From contig JBIOIQ010000004.1 in the NCBI GenBank assembly GCA_044449985.1, positions 141 to 64,140 of the forward strand: DNA of 64,000 bases, in the 5' to 3' direction. The position numbers were made by a program, and so were the translations under genes. Positions 1 to 8,418 of this stretch are shown here, piece after piece. This DNA comes from Candidatus Saccharimonadia bacterium. Its GTDB lineage: Bacteria > Patescibacteriota > Saccharimonadia > UBA4664 > JBIOIQ01. The stretch's first letter is position 1. Every line of letters starts with the position of its first letter. The notes below the pieces were generated by a model. The model did no database searches. It was not told where the DNA came from and saw only the letters and a list, made by a program, of their open reading frames with translations.

Positions 1-156
1 TGTAACTTTCTTTGGTTTGTCGCCGTATATATGATTTAGGATTCTTGCGAGCTCACCTACTTCTTCACTGACTCTGGCGAGTTGTGATAACGGTTTCCAA
101 TATGGAAGTTCAAGGGTTTGTGCCCACTCATCGATCAGTTGTTGATACTTATCCAT
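1..156 (-). CDS. MazG-like nucleotide pyrophosphohydrolase, first 52 codons only (gene runs off the left edge)
   Basis: Hand translation of the minus strand from the ATG at 154-156 gives MDKYQQLIDEWAQTLELPYWKPLSQLARVSEEVGELARILNHIYGDKPKK. The EEVGEL helix is typical of MazG-type all-alpha NTP pyrophosphatases. The ORF is too short for the ORF track. Confidence 0.4.
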   Translation of the reverse strand, partial: MDKYQQLIDEWAQTLELPYWKPLSQLARVSEEVGELARILNHIYGDKPKKVT

Positions 157-232
157 ACTTCATTAGTGTAGATGAAAAATCATAGATCTTCACTACAATT
201 AGCCAAATCTAGCAACCTAAAAGGTTTCTCGA

Positions 233-1438
233 TTAATTTTTCATGGTCAGATAAAAGAAGTCTTTATTATAGCCATGGAGGTAATTGTAACCGCCATTTT
301 GCATGGCAGTAAGTAAGCTCTGATAGTCGTAGCCACCGGTAGATTTTGGTTGGTACATAACAAATCTCACCCAAAACGAATTGATATCAAGCTGCATGGC
401 TTCGATTGCACCAGCGGCTTTTAGTGAGACAGCCAGTGTCTCGGCGCTGAGAGAAGGTCCAACAGCATAGACTAAATTACCGGATGAAGTAATACCAATC
501 CCGGAACGCCAGGTAAAACTCGAACTCGTGGTAGTCAGCCCCCAAACACTATATCCCCCCGTTAAAGTATCTTGAGTGACTTGGCCTTTATCGACAATCA
601 GTGGACCGTTTTGGCGCAGAGCAAGTATGTCTGCGCTTGCGGAGGATCCAGGGATATATCGAGAAATAGTCGGATTGGCATTGTCATAAATACTTAAGGT
701 TGCAAGATTTTCCTGAAGGGGAACATAAGTGTTTTGTCCGACTATCATCCCATATTTTCCGTCTTTGTATTGAAAACCCCCATTAAAGGCTGCAACCAGT
801 TGTGAACTATTTTGGTCAGACTCGGCAATCTTTCCGGGCCCATAATGACCAATTGGCCCACCCGGTTGTTGCGTACCGGCGACAGCGTGAAGTTGTAAGA
901 AGCGTGAATTCATCTGCACTAGTGCAACAATTGCATATGAGCGGTTGGGGTCCGGGCGAACAAAGGTCCTGGCCATGACTGGTTGCGATCTGAATTGAGG
1001 TAGATCAATTAAGCTCCAAGCACCTTCCCCGGTCAAACTTGGAAACGTCAACTGATGGAGTCCGACAGTTGTTAGGTCTAGTGATTCAAGCGTTGAAAGC
1101 GACCATGATTCTGGTCCTAAAGTCGCATAATTGGGAGCTTTTGAAATTTTTTCAACCGTATAAATGTTTCCGCTTGGTTTGGCAATGGTGTGGTACTCTA
1201 GCTGCTTAACCGAATCACTAAGGCCAAAGAAAAAATTTTCGACAACGATAGTGGCTTGATTTCCAATGGTTGGCCGGAGAATATTGTCGGCAAAATTAGC
1301 TGAAAATGCCGGCTTAAACCAGATCAATACGATAATACCAATGATTCCGACGCCTAAGGCGACAATTATCCCAAAGAATACTTTGATGAATTTCTGGTAT
1401 TTTAAGTAAGGTTTTTGCTTTCGAGTACGAAATGGCAT
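233..1438 (-). CDS. membrane-anchored phosphodiester glycosidase family protein (NAGPA/DUF2233-like)
   Basis: 401-aa ORF with an N-terminal TM helix (FFGIIVALGVGIIGIIVLIWF). The segments AFNGGFQYKDGKYGMIV, RSGIGITSSGNLVYAV and AIEAMQLD resemble the conserved blocks of this family. Confidence 0.5.
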   Translation of the reverse strand: MPFRTRKQKPYLKYQKFIKVFFGIIVALGVGIIGIIVLIWFKPAFSANFADNILRPTIGNQATIVVENFFFGLSDSVKQLEYHTIAKPSGNIYTVEKISKAPNYATLGPESWSLSTLESLDLTTVGLHQLTFPSLTGEGAWSLIDLPQFRSQPVMARTFVRPDPNRSYAIVALVQMNSRFLQLHAVAGTQQPGGPIGHYGPGKIAESDQNSSQLVAAFNGGFQYKDGKYGMIVGQNTYVPLQENLATLSIYDNANPTISRYIPGSSASADILALRQNGPLIVDKGQVTQDTLTGGYSVWGLTTTSSSFTWRSGIGITSSGNLVYAVGPSLSAETLAVSLKAAGAIEAMQLDINSFWVRFVMYQPKSTGGYDYQSLLTAMQNGGYNYLHGYNKDFFYLTMKN

Positions 1439-1542
1439 GAAATAATTTTATCATCTCATGAGTATCATACGTAAAGAATGAAATGAAACTAGTTGAATCC
1501 GAACGACCAATTGAAAAAGGGTTTAAAAATGGTTAAAGTTTT

Positions 1543-4500
1543 TTAGAGCTGCGGCGCGATCTCTTGGATCGCTTGTTGCATAGTTTCGACCTGAATTCCG
1601 GATGTTTTAATGGCCGCTAGCTGCGAATCAAGTTGAGATGGAGTGATATTATAAATTCCACCGTCGATCGGGGAGGCAGTGTTTGGATCAACCGAGTGAT
1701 AGACAAGTACTAGCCATGTGTTTGTCGCTTGAGCTTGCGCGACCCAATCACTTATCTGGGCTGTGGTAGTTGTATCGTAGACGTTTTGGGCCTTGATATC
1801 ATAGATGTTGAAATTGTCTTTACTATTTAGACCGTCCTCAACACCTCGGGCTGCCGTATAGTAAGTTTTTACTTGACCCTCAATAGACGAAGTATAAAGA
1901 CCTAATGGATAAGCAAGATCAGTTACCGGTAAACCTATCCAGGCCGCCAACACACTTTGTGATTGTGCTAGCTCTGTTAGGACTTGAGCACTGGTTTCCT
2001 GGGTCAAATCGTTATGCGTAACGGTATGCGAGGCCATTTCGGTGCCCGCCTTAGACATGGCTTGCACTTGTGCGGTAGTCATATACCCGGTCGTGTTTAT
2101 GTCGCTCGTAATTATGAATTGGGTTGAGTTAAATCCGTAATTTTGCAACAACGGCAATGCTTGGGTAAACATATTATCATAGCCGTCGTCGAAAGTGAGT
2201 GTGAGAAGTGGTCGAGAAAAACCGACCGGGATATACGGCGCCAGGCTAAAGTCACTTGTAGTTAGGGTTCCCACGCTATGAATCAGATGAAAGATTGTAA
2301 CATTTACAGTTCCTAACGGTAGTGCGAAGGTAGTCTGGAATTGTTGCCAAGAACCCGAAACGCCGGGCAGGCCGATAATCTGATAAATTGTGGAGCCGTC
2401 ACTCATCGTGAAAACTGCGTCAACTTCTGTTGGTGTAGTTGACTGATAATAATCACTAAATTTGTATTGAGTATCTTTAGTTACGTTTTGGGCAGTGAAA
2501 TACCATTTTGAATCTCCGGAAGTATATTTCGTAATTTGGACCTTGACCGATTTCGCTCCATTATAGCCGGTCGTAAGATAGCTGAACTTTGTGGTGTTAG
2601 TACCCCAAGTGCTCGAGGTCCAATCTAGAGGTTGAGTTGCGCTTGTTGAACTCACGCTCAGGAGATTAGGATTGGGAATTAGATTGCCACTTACTGGGTT
2701 AGGATTGCTTACCATTATTGCAACACCATGGGTCGTTAGCGAATTACCCGATGGGTCTGTAACCATAGCGCTTAAATTATGAGTTCCGTTTGTGACTGTG
2801 CTCGAGTCCCATGAGTACGAAAAAGGGGCAACACTACTTGCGCCTACCGCTAAACTATCAACCAGATACTTAACGGTCGAGCCGATTGGTATTCCAGATG
2901 AATTTACAGAAAATGATACCAATCCGGTTAAAGGTGCATTCGAGTTAGGTAAATTTACGGTTACTGACTGCATTAAGTTAAAATCATCTGTCGTCAAACT
3001 TCCAGTCTGCGCAAGGATATGTAAAATTGAAACGGTTTTTACGTTTAGTGGAGCCGTAAAATTACCAGTGTAGTTTTTCCATGTCGTTGACGCAGGAGCA
3101 GCTCCAAGGTCTGCATAAGTAATATTGCCACTTGGGTCACTAAACATAGCCACTACATCAGTCGACACACCCGATTGGTAGTAATCACTATAGGTATAAC
3201 TATTACCACTAATGATATTTACAGGGGTGAACATCCATTTTGCATCACCTGAAGTGAAGCTCGAAAGCGTGACTTTTAAGCTGCGAGTGTCATTAAATCC
3301 GCTGGTTGCATATTTATATGTTGGGCTATTAGTACCCCAGCTTGAAGTGGTCCAACCAAGAGGCAGCAGATTGTTAGTTGGACTTACTGTGCTAACGAGC
3401 GGATTCGTAATTAAATTAGCCCCAAAGGGAATCGGATTATTTACATTTATAGTAATGGGCGCAGAAACAGATTTTACACCGAGAGAATTAGTGCTAATTG
3501 CAGTTAGAGTATAACTACCGTTTGCTACAGTTTGAGTATCCCAACTCAGTAGATAAGGCGATGTTGAAACTGGGGAACCAATTTGTGAACCATTAAGATA
3601 AAAAGCTACATTGGAAACCCCAGCAGCATCATTAGCGACTGCTCCGAGCGAAGTTATCCCACTTAACGTAGCCCCATTAGAGGGAGAATTAATGACTACG
3701 CTTGGAACAACAGGACTAAACTGTTGTGAAAGCGCATAATCGTCAGTGCTCAGACTACCGACACTGTTAATCAGGTGATACACCGTAACGGTGGCTGCAT
3801 TTGCAGGAGCAACGAAATTATCTACTACCTGGCTCCAATATGACGGACTAGCAGCAACGCTACCAAGATCTTGATAACTTGTTACTCCAGACGTGTCGAC
3901 AAAAGCTGCAACAACCCCACTTGATATGGTTGACTCGTAATAATCTGAAAATACATACGTTGATCCCGGTACGGCTGTCACGGGGCTAAAGACCCATTTG
4001 GCATCGCCACTGACATACTTCGAAATAACGACGCTCCCACTCCGAGAACCGGTGTGACCGTAATTGGCATAAGTAAAACTTGAGGTATTAGAACCCCAAC
4101 TTGAAGTTGTCCAGTTATCCGGGATATTTGGCATACTCTGGGTTTCAAAGGAAGGGTTTGCAATCAAGTTCGTACCCGGAGAAGGTGGAGGGTTAGGCAA
4201 AACGGGTGGCGAAAGAGCGAACGAATAATTATCAGTTGTTAAGACTCCGGCACTGCTAATGAGGTGAAAGATCGTCAACGACGCAGTTGTTGGTAAAGTA
4301 ATTAAAGTAGCCGCACTTTGGGTCCAAGTTGACGAAGCTGGCAAGGCTTTGAGATTAACGTAGGTAATATTTCCAATAGAGTCTATTTCTTCGGCCACCA
4401 GATAACTCGTGACGTTTGACTGGTAATAGTCGGTAAAATCATAGCTGGCTGAAGGCGTAATAGTTACGGGATTAAAGAACCATTTTGCGTCCCCGCTCGA

Positions 4501-4764
4501 ATAGTTTGCGAGCGAAACTTGTAGCGAACGACTACCATCTTCGCCGGTCGATAAATATGAAAATGTTGCAGAGTTCGTCCCCCAATTTCCAGTTTGCCAA
4601 CCCTGGGGAATTGTCGAGATGCTTGAAGGAGTTTCAACCGAAGGATTTGCTACTAAATTTGGATTTTGAGCTCTCGCGATTTGGACATACTGAAACGCTC
4701 CCGCAAACAGCATAGCGGTTATTACGCTATAAGCAGCAATTTTTTTAAACATGGCATTTTCCAA
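1543..4764 (-). CDS. secreted polysaccharide deacetylase (NodB domain) with four CBM4/9-like repeats and Ig-like spacers
   Basis: 1073-aa ORF with a signal peptide (AGAFQYVQIARA). The module NL(I/V)xNP..E...P.GW....WG.N...F.Y, SGDAKW.F.PV, DYYQS, H(L/I)I..G.L..D(D/N) recurs four times. The C-terminus has LTFDDGYD and SHTVTH, which are NodB motifs 1 and 2. Confidence 0.75.
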   Translation of the reverse strand: MENAMFKKIAAYSVITAMLFAGAFQYVQIARAQNPNLVANPSVETPSSISTIPQGWQTGNWGTNSATFSYLSTGEDGSRSLQVSLANYSSGDAKWFFNPVTITPSASYDFTDYYQSNVTSYLVAEEIDSIGNITYVNLKALPASSTWTQSAATLITLPTTASLTIFHLISSAGVLTTDNYSFALSPPVLPNPPPSPGTNLIANPSFETQSMPNIPDNWTTSSWGSNTSSFTYANYGHTGSRSGSVVISKYVSGDAKWVFSPVTAVPGSTYVFSDYYESTISSGVVAAFVDTSGVTSYQDLGSVAASPSYWSQVVDNFVAPANAATVTVYHLINSVGSLSTDDYALSQQFSPVVPSVVINSPSNGATLSGITSLGAVANDAAGVSNVAFYLNGSQIGSPVSTSPYLLSWDTQTVANGSYTLTAISTNSLGVKSVSAPITINVNNPIPFGANLITNPLVSTVSPTNNLLPLGWTTSSWGTNSPTYKYATSGFNDTRSLKVTLSSFTSGDAKWMFTPVNIISGNSYTYSDYYQSGVSTDVVAMFSDPSGNITYADLGAAPASTTWKNYTGNFTAPLNVKTVSILHILAQTGSLTTDDFNLMQSVTVNLPNSNAPLTGLVSFSVNSSGIPIGSTVKYLVDSLAVGASSVAPFSYSWDSSTVTNGTHNLSAMVTDPSGNSLTTHGVAIMVSNPNPVSGNLIPNPNLLSVSSTSATQPLDWTSSTWGTNTTKFSYLTTGYNGAKSVKVQITKYTSGDSKWYFTAQNVTKDTQYKFSDYYQSTTPTEVDAVFTMSDGSTIYQIIGLPGVSGSWQQFQTTFALPLGTVNVTIFHLIHSVGTLTTSDFSLAPYIPVGFSRPLLTLTFDDGYDNMFTQALPLLQNYGFNSTQFIITSDINTTGYMTTAQVQAMSKAGTEMASHTVTHNDLTQETSAQVLTELAQSQSVLAAWIGLPVTDLAYPLGLYTSSIEGQVKTYYTAARGVEDGLNSKDNFNIYDIKAQNVYDTTTTAQISDWVAQAQATNTWLVLVYHSVDPNTASPIDGGIYNITPSQLDSQLAAIKTSGIQVETMQQAIQEIAPQL

Positions 4765-4823
4765 ATATTTTCACTGTCGTAACTTCTATCCTTTTTAGTC
4801 CTGTTGAACTTACATACAATTAA

Positions 4824-4985
4824 TTAGTTTTTTCGAAACTTCAAGTACATGATTCCCCACACTACTAAAGCAGCAAAGACCGCAATAGCCAGATCATTAG
4901 TAAAACCAACGCCTGTTTGAGGAAGAACTGTTGCACCGATAATTCCACCGATACCGGCCGCTCCTAAACCTGGTTTGTAATTCAT
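4824..4985 (-). other. small open frame encoding an LPQTG + hydrophobic + KFRKN tail; no canonical in-frame start (possible frameshifted mini-gene)
   Basis: Hand translation gives (I)YKPGLGAAGIGGIIGATVLPQTGVGFTNDLAIAVFAALVVWGIMYLKFRKN*. An ATG with a GGGAG Shine-Dalgarno lies at 4984-4986 but is out of frame by 1 nt. The ORF sits between the GT2 and deacetylase genes on the same strand. Confidence 0.25.
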
Positions 4986-5005
4986 GTTTATGCTCCCATT
5001 TATTA

Positions 5006-6088
5006 TTAATTTACGTCTGCTGAACTGAACTCATACCGACGACCTTCGGTAGACCAGCCAACAGTTTTTTCCTGAAATTTTCTAAAAATAACTACTTCCA
5101 CGAAAGCTTGATAAAATAGAAAGAGATTAACTAGGCGCAGGAAGTAAAAGAATGGAAAAGCCGCCATTGAATCAAGCCTTTTGGCATAAATAGCACAGCC
5201 CAGCGCAACCACGAAATAAACAAAGATTTCAGCTAGAAAAAACCGCGCCAAGATATTAATGTTGTAAGTTCTGCCGAGGGCATAAGGAAGAAGTATTAAC
5301 AGGTCGGCACCATACAGAACTGATTGACCGATAGCGTACCAAATAAACAAGTCTATTCGTTTAAGCTTTAGCCCTAACTTATGGCTGACAACCCCCTGAA
5401 AGAATCCCCGGTACCACCGAGAAACTTGCGCAACATAATCAGAAAAATTTAGGGGATCTTGCGTATATGTCACCGCCCGAGGAATGTATTGAATTTTTCC
5501 GAGTTTTTTGCGGTGTATTTGCATCGTGATATCAAAATCCTCAGTTAGTGAACCAGTTTCGAAGTTTAGATATTTGATAACATCGGTTCGCAGTGCCGAA
5601 GTTGGCCCTGGAATTACTGAAATCATGCCTAACGCTGACTGAATGCGGCGAATCACTGCAAAACCTAAAGTATATTCAAAGACTCTAAATTTAGAGATCC
5701 AATCTCCTCGTAAACTTTGGACAAATCCGGTAGCCGCAACATATTTATTCTCATCGAGGGCGGATCTAAATGTCGAGAAATAGGTTGGTCCAAAAATGCT
5801 GTCTCCATCCGAGATATGGAGCCAGCTATATTTATTTTCAATATCAAAATGTTGTATAGCTTTTTTAACAGCCCCGGCTTTGCCACTTCTTTTAACCGTT
5901 AAAACATGATCGCTCCCTAGCAAATCGGATGCAATTTTGGTCGTTCGATCATTTGAATCGTCATCAACTATGAAAATATCTGGCTTGGGCTGGCCAGAAC
6001 GAATTGCGGAACGAATAGTTGCTTCAATAGCAAGCTCTTCATTATGGGCAGGAATAATTAAGCCGAGTTTGCGTCGCCGAAGGGACAT
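5006..6088 (-). CDS. processive family-2 glycosyltransferase (IcaA/PgaC/NodC-like polysaccharide synthase)
   Basis: The N-terminus reads IIPAHNEE...IFIVDDDSNDRT. An SDGDS (DxD-type) motif and QVSRWYRG (QxxRW) are present. The C-terminus has multiple TM helices. Confidence 0.8.
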   Translation of the reverse strand: MSLRRRKLGLIIPAHNEELAIEATIRSAIRSGQPKPDIFIVDDDSNDRTTKIASDLLGSDHVLTVKRSGKAGAVKKAIQHFDIENKYSWLHISDGDSIFGPTYFSTFRSALDENKYVAATGFVQSLRGDWISKFRVFEYTLGFAVIRRIQSALGMISVIPGPTSALRTDVIKYLNFETGSLTEDFDITMQIHRKKLGKIQYIPRAVTYTQDPLNFSDYVAQVSRWYRGFFQGVVSHKLGLKLKRIDLFIWYAIGQSVLYGADLLILLPYALGRTYNINILARFFLAEIFVYFVVALGCAIYAKRLDSMAAFPFFYFLRLVNLFLFYQAFVEVVIFRKFQEKTVGWSTEGRRYEFSSADVN

Positions 6089-6162
6089 GAATACCTCATT
6101 TGACCCTCCATTGATTTATTAATAGCAAACCATACACGTTTTTGGTAATTATGTCAATAACT

Positions 6163-7227
6163 TTACCTCAAAGCGTGAATCACATGACTGAGGGCTTGAA
6201 CCTGGGCAGGATTGTTCGCAATATCAAAATATGAGAAAAATAATATATTTTGAGTCGCACTGGATATACCCATTTGCGCCATCTGAAGCATTTCATCATA
6301 GGTTGGAAATCTTGCAATATTGGGATCAAAGCCAAGCATGCTCGCTGTATCAGGGTAAGAGGCCCAACTAAAAGCTTGTTCGACAAACCAATTATTAGGA
6401 CCGGCATCTCGAAGGAATGTCGAGATGTTATTGGTCGGTAAATAAGGCACGGGATAATAGTCTAGCGCCAGTGTGTCGCTAACTTTCTTGACCGACGAAA
6501 ATAATTCAATGCGGTTATTTTGGTTGCTATCGTTCCACCCAACCATGACTGCCATAATCGGTTTAGCAGTAAGTTCCTTAACTTTCGCGTAACGATCCGC
6601 CAGAATAGGCTGCCACACACTAAGATCATTTGAGGTCTCGGGAGTCTCGTCTGCAATCGAAAATCCCCAGACACCGGGATTAGATTGAAAGTTTTTAACA
6701 ACTGAAAGCGCGATGGCTTCATTGGAACTGCCATACTGTGCAAAATCGGACAGGTTGGCACTGCTGCCCGCTAAATTGTCGTAAAGTTGGGCGAGATTCA
6801 CAATAACCTTGATCTTTTTTGAGTTTGCATAATCTAAGAAAGCATTCACTTGGGCAATGGTGCCATCAAATGCACTGTAGTTGTAGACAATATTGACCCC
6901 AAGTTGTTGATACTCATCAAGTGCCGTTTGAAAATTCGGATCACTTGGGGAGGTCGATATAAACACTCCTATATAGCGGGTTGGCGCATTGGTATTTGAA
7001 TTTGTCATAATTTTTTGGGATACAGCTTTCGTAGGAAGTATGGGTTGGACAGTCACGCTGGATTTCGATGCGCTTCGAACCATTCCGGTCGTTGGAAGTG
7101 GCGCAAGATTCTCACTTGAGAAAATTTGGTAATTATTCGTTGTTTTGTTACCTAAAAACAAGCCAATGCAAAGCCCAATAATCCAAATCGATTTTACTGT
7201 TAAAGGTAATATGTAACGCAACTTCAC
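6163..7227 (-). CDS. exported TIM-barrel glycoside hydrolase-like protein (family not assigned)
   Basis: 354-aa ORF with an N-terminal signal anchor. Alternating beta/alpha-like blocks (GVNIVYNY, KVIVNL, GFSIADETPE, MAVMVGWND) suggest a clan GH-A-like barrel. This is a weak call. Confidence 0.3.
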   Translation of the reverse strand: MKLRYILPLTVKSIWIIGLCIGLFLGNKTTNNYQIFSSENLAPLPTTGMVRSASKSSVTVQPILPTKAVSQKIMTNSNTNAPTRYIGVFISTSPSDPNFQTALDEYQQLGVNIVYNYSAFDGTIAQVNAFLDYANSKKIKVIVNLAQLYDNLAGSSANLSDFAQYGSSNEAIALSVVKNFQSNPGVWGFSIADETPETSNDLSVWQPILADRYAKVKELTAKPIMAVMVGWNDSNQNNRIELFSSVKKVSDTLALDYYPVPYLPTNNISTFLRDAGPNNWFVEQAFSWASYPDTASMLGFDPNIARFPTYDEMLQMAQMGISSATQNILFFSYFDIANNPAQVQALSHVIHALR

Positions 7228-7422
7228 TGAAGTAATCGGTGTGATCCTCTCGCAATAGCATAGTTTTCCAACCTAATTAGGTCAAACTTTAAGAAAAGCC
7301 CATTATCCATCGTTGAAGTTATTTATAACAGGCTTAAATCTTTGGTTTTGTTAAAAGCCAAAGGAATATTAATATTCCCATTTTTACATCGATTTGCCAC
7401 AATACTAGGGATGAGGGAAATA

Positions 7423-8418
7423 ATGGCTCAAATATATTGGTTCCTAGCTGACGAACAATTTCAACCGGAAGTAATCGTGAAACATGCCATAGCCGCTGAA
7501 AAAGCTGACTTTGATGGTGTACTTCTAAGTGAACATTTTCATCCTTGGGTTGAAGATTTAGGTACGAGCGGATTTGCCTTCGCAATACTCGGAGCAATTG
7601 CACAAGCAACCCAAAAAATTAAATTGGCTACCGCAGTAACAACACCCTTATATAGATTCCATCCAGCTGTCGTGGCACAGGCAGCGGCAACCATCGATCG
7701 ACTCAGTCAGGGTCGGTTTACGTTAGGTGTTGGAACAGGTGAAAACATCAATGAAGGTCCACTCGGATTTGAATTACCTGCCTATAAGGAGCGTTCGGCT
7801 AGACTCGAGGAAGCTCTCGAAATTATGAATCGTCTCCTTTCTGGCGAAACGTTGAGTTTTAGCGGAATTTACTACCAAACTAAAGACGCTAAATTATATA
7901 GCCCACCGCTTAAAGATTTACCAATTTACGTTGCAGCCGGTGGCCCTAAATCCGCAACGCTCGCAGCTCGATCAGCCCAAGGATTAATCACGAGCGTTAA
8001 AGATATCGATGATGCCCTTGAACGCGTCATAAAACCGGCAAAGACTTTGGCCAATGGCAAAGACTTTAAAGTTATTACTACCAGGTGGTCTGTCTATGCA
8101 GACTCTGAAGATAGTGCTTGGGAAGCTTTATTGCCTCAACGAGGGCTGAGGGCACCGAGTCGAGCATTAACACATATACCAAAAGTGCTTCAAGAAGAAG
8201 CAGATCTCTTAAACCATGACGAAGTCCTGGCAAAATATCATGTACTCGCAAATGCAGAGGATTTTCTTTCGACCTACTCACCACTAGTTACTAAGTTGGG
8301 AGCGGATATCGTCGGAATTCAAGCTACTTCACTAAATCAACTTGAACTGATCAAGATGTTAGGGAAAGATGTGGTACCCAAACTTAAACAATTAGTTGCG
8401 CTAAAGGAGGAACGATGA
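7423..8418 (+). CDS. LLM-class oxidoreductase, F420-dependent G6PDH-like subfamily
   Basis: IYWFLADEQFQP...LLSEHFHPW...TTPLYRFHPAVVAQAAATIDRLSQGRFTLGVGTGENINE matches the luciferase-like monooxygenase fold. I placed the start at the ATG at 7423, behind a GAGGG Shine-Dalgarno. The ORF-track start at 7342 is probably too long. Confidence 0.65.
   Translation: MAQIYWFLADEQFQPEVIVKHAIAAEKADFDGVLLSEHFHPWVEDLGTSGFAFAILGAIAQATQKIKLATAVTTPLYRFHPAVVAQAAATIDRLSQGRFTLGVGTGENINEGPLGFELPAYKERSARLEEALEIMNRLLSGETLSFSGIYYQTKDAKLYSPPLKDLPIYVAAGGPKSATLAARSAQGLITSVKDIDDALERVIKPAKTLANGKDFKVITTRWSVYADSEDSAWEALLPQRGLRAPSRALTHIPKVLQEEADLLNHDEVLAKYHVLANAEDFLSTYSPLVTKLGADIVGIQATSLNQLELIKMLGKDVVPKLKQLVALKEER

Noticed and set aside
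2792-4715. Plus-strand ORFs 2792-3073, 3212-3514 and 4485-4715 (and the alternate-frame minus-strand ORF 3978-4163) lie inside the 1073-aa deacetylase gene.
   Set aside because: They lie antisense or out of frame to a strongly supported, motif-rich gene. Their products are low-complexity with no start context. They are typical shadow ORFs of a repetitive Ser/Thr/Gly-rich gene. The same reasoning applies to the other short ORFs nested in the large minus-strand surface genes (for example 22098-22328, 24xxx, 27xxx, 30976-31287, 35274-35552 and 37474-37704).
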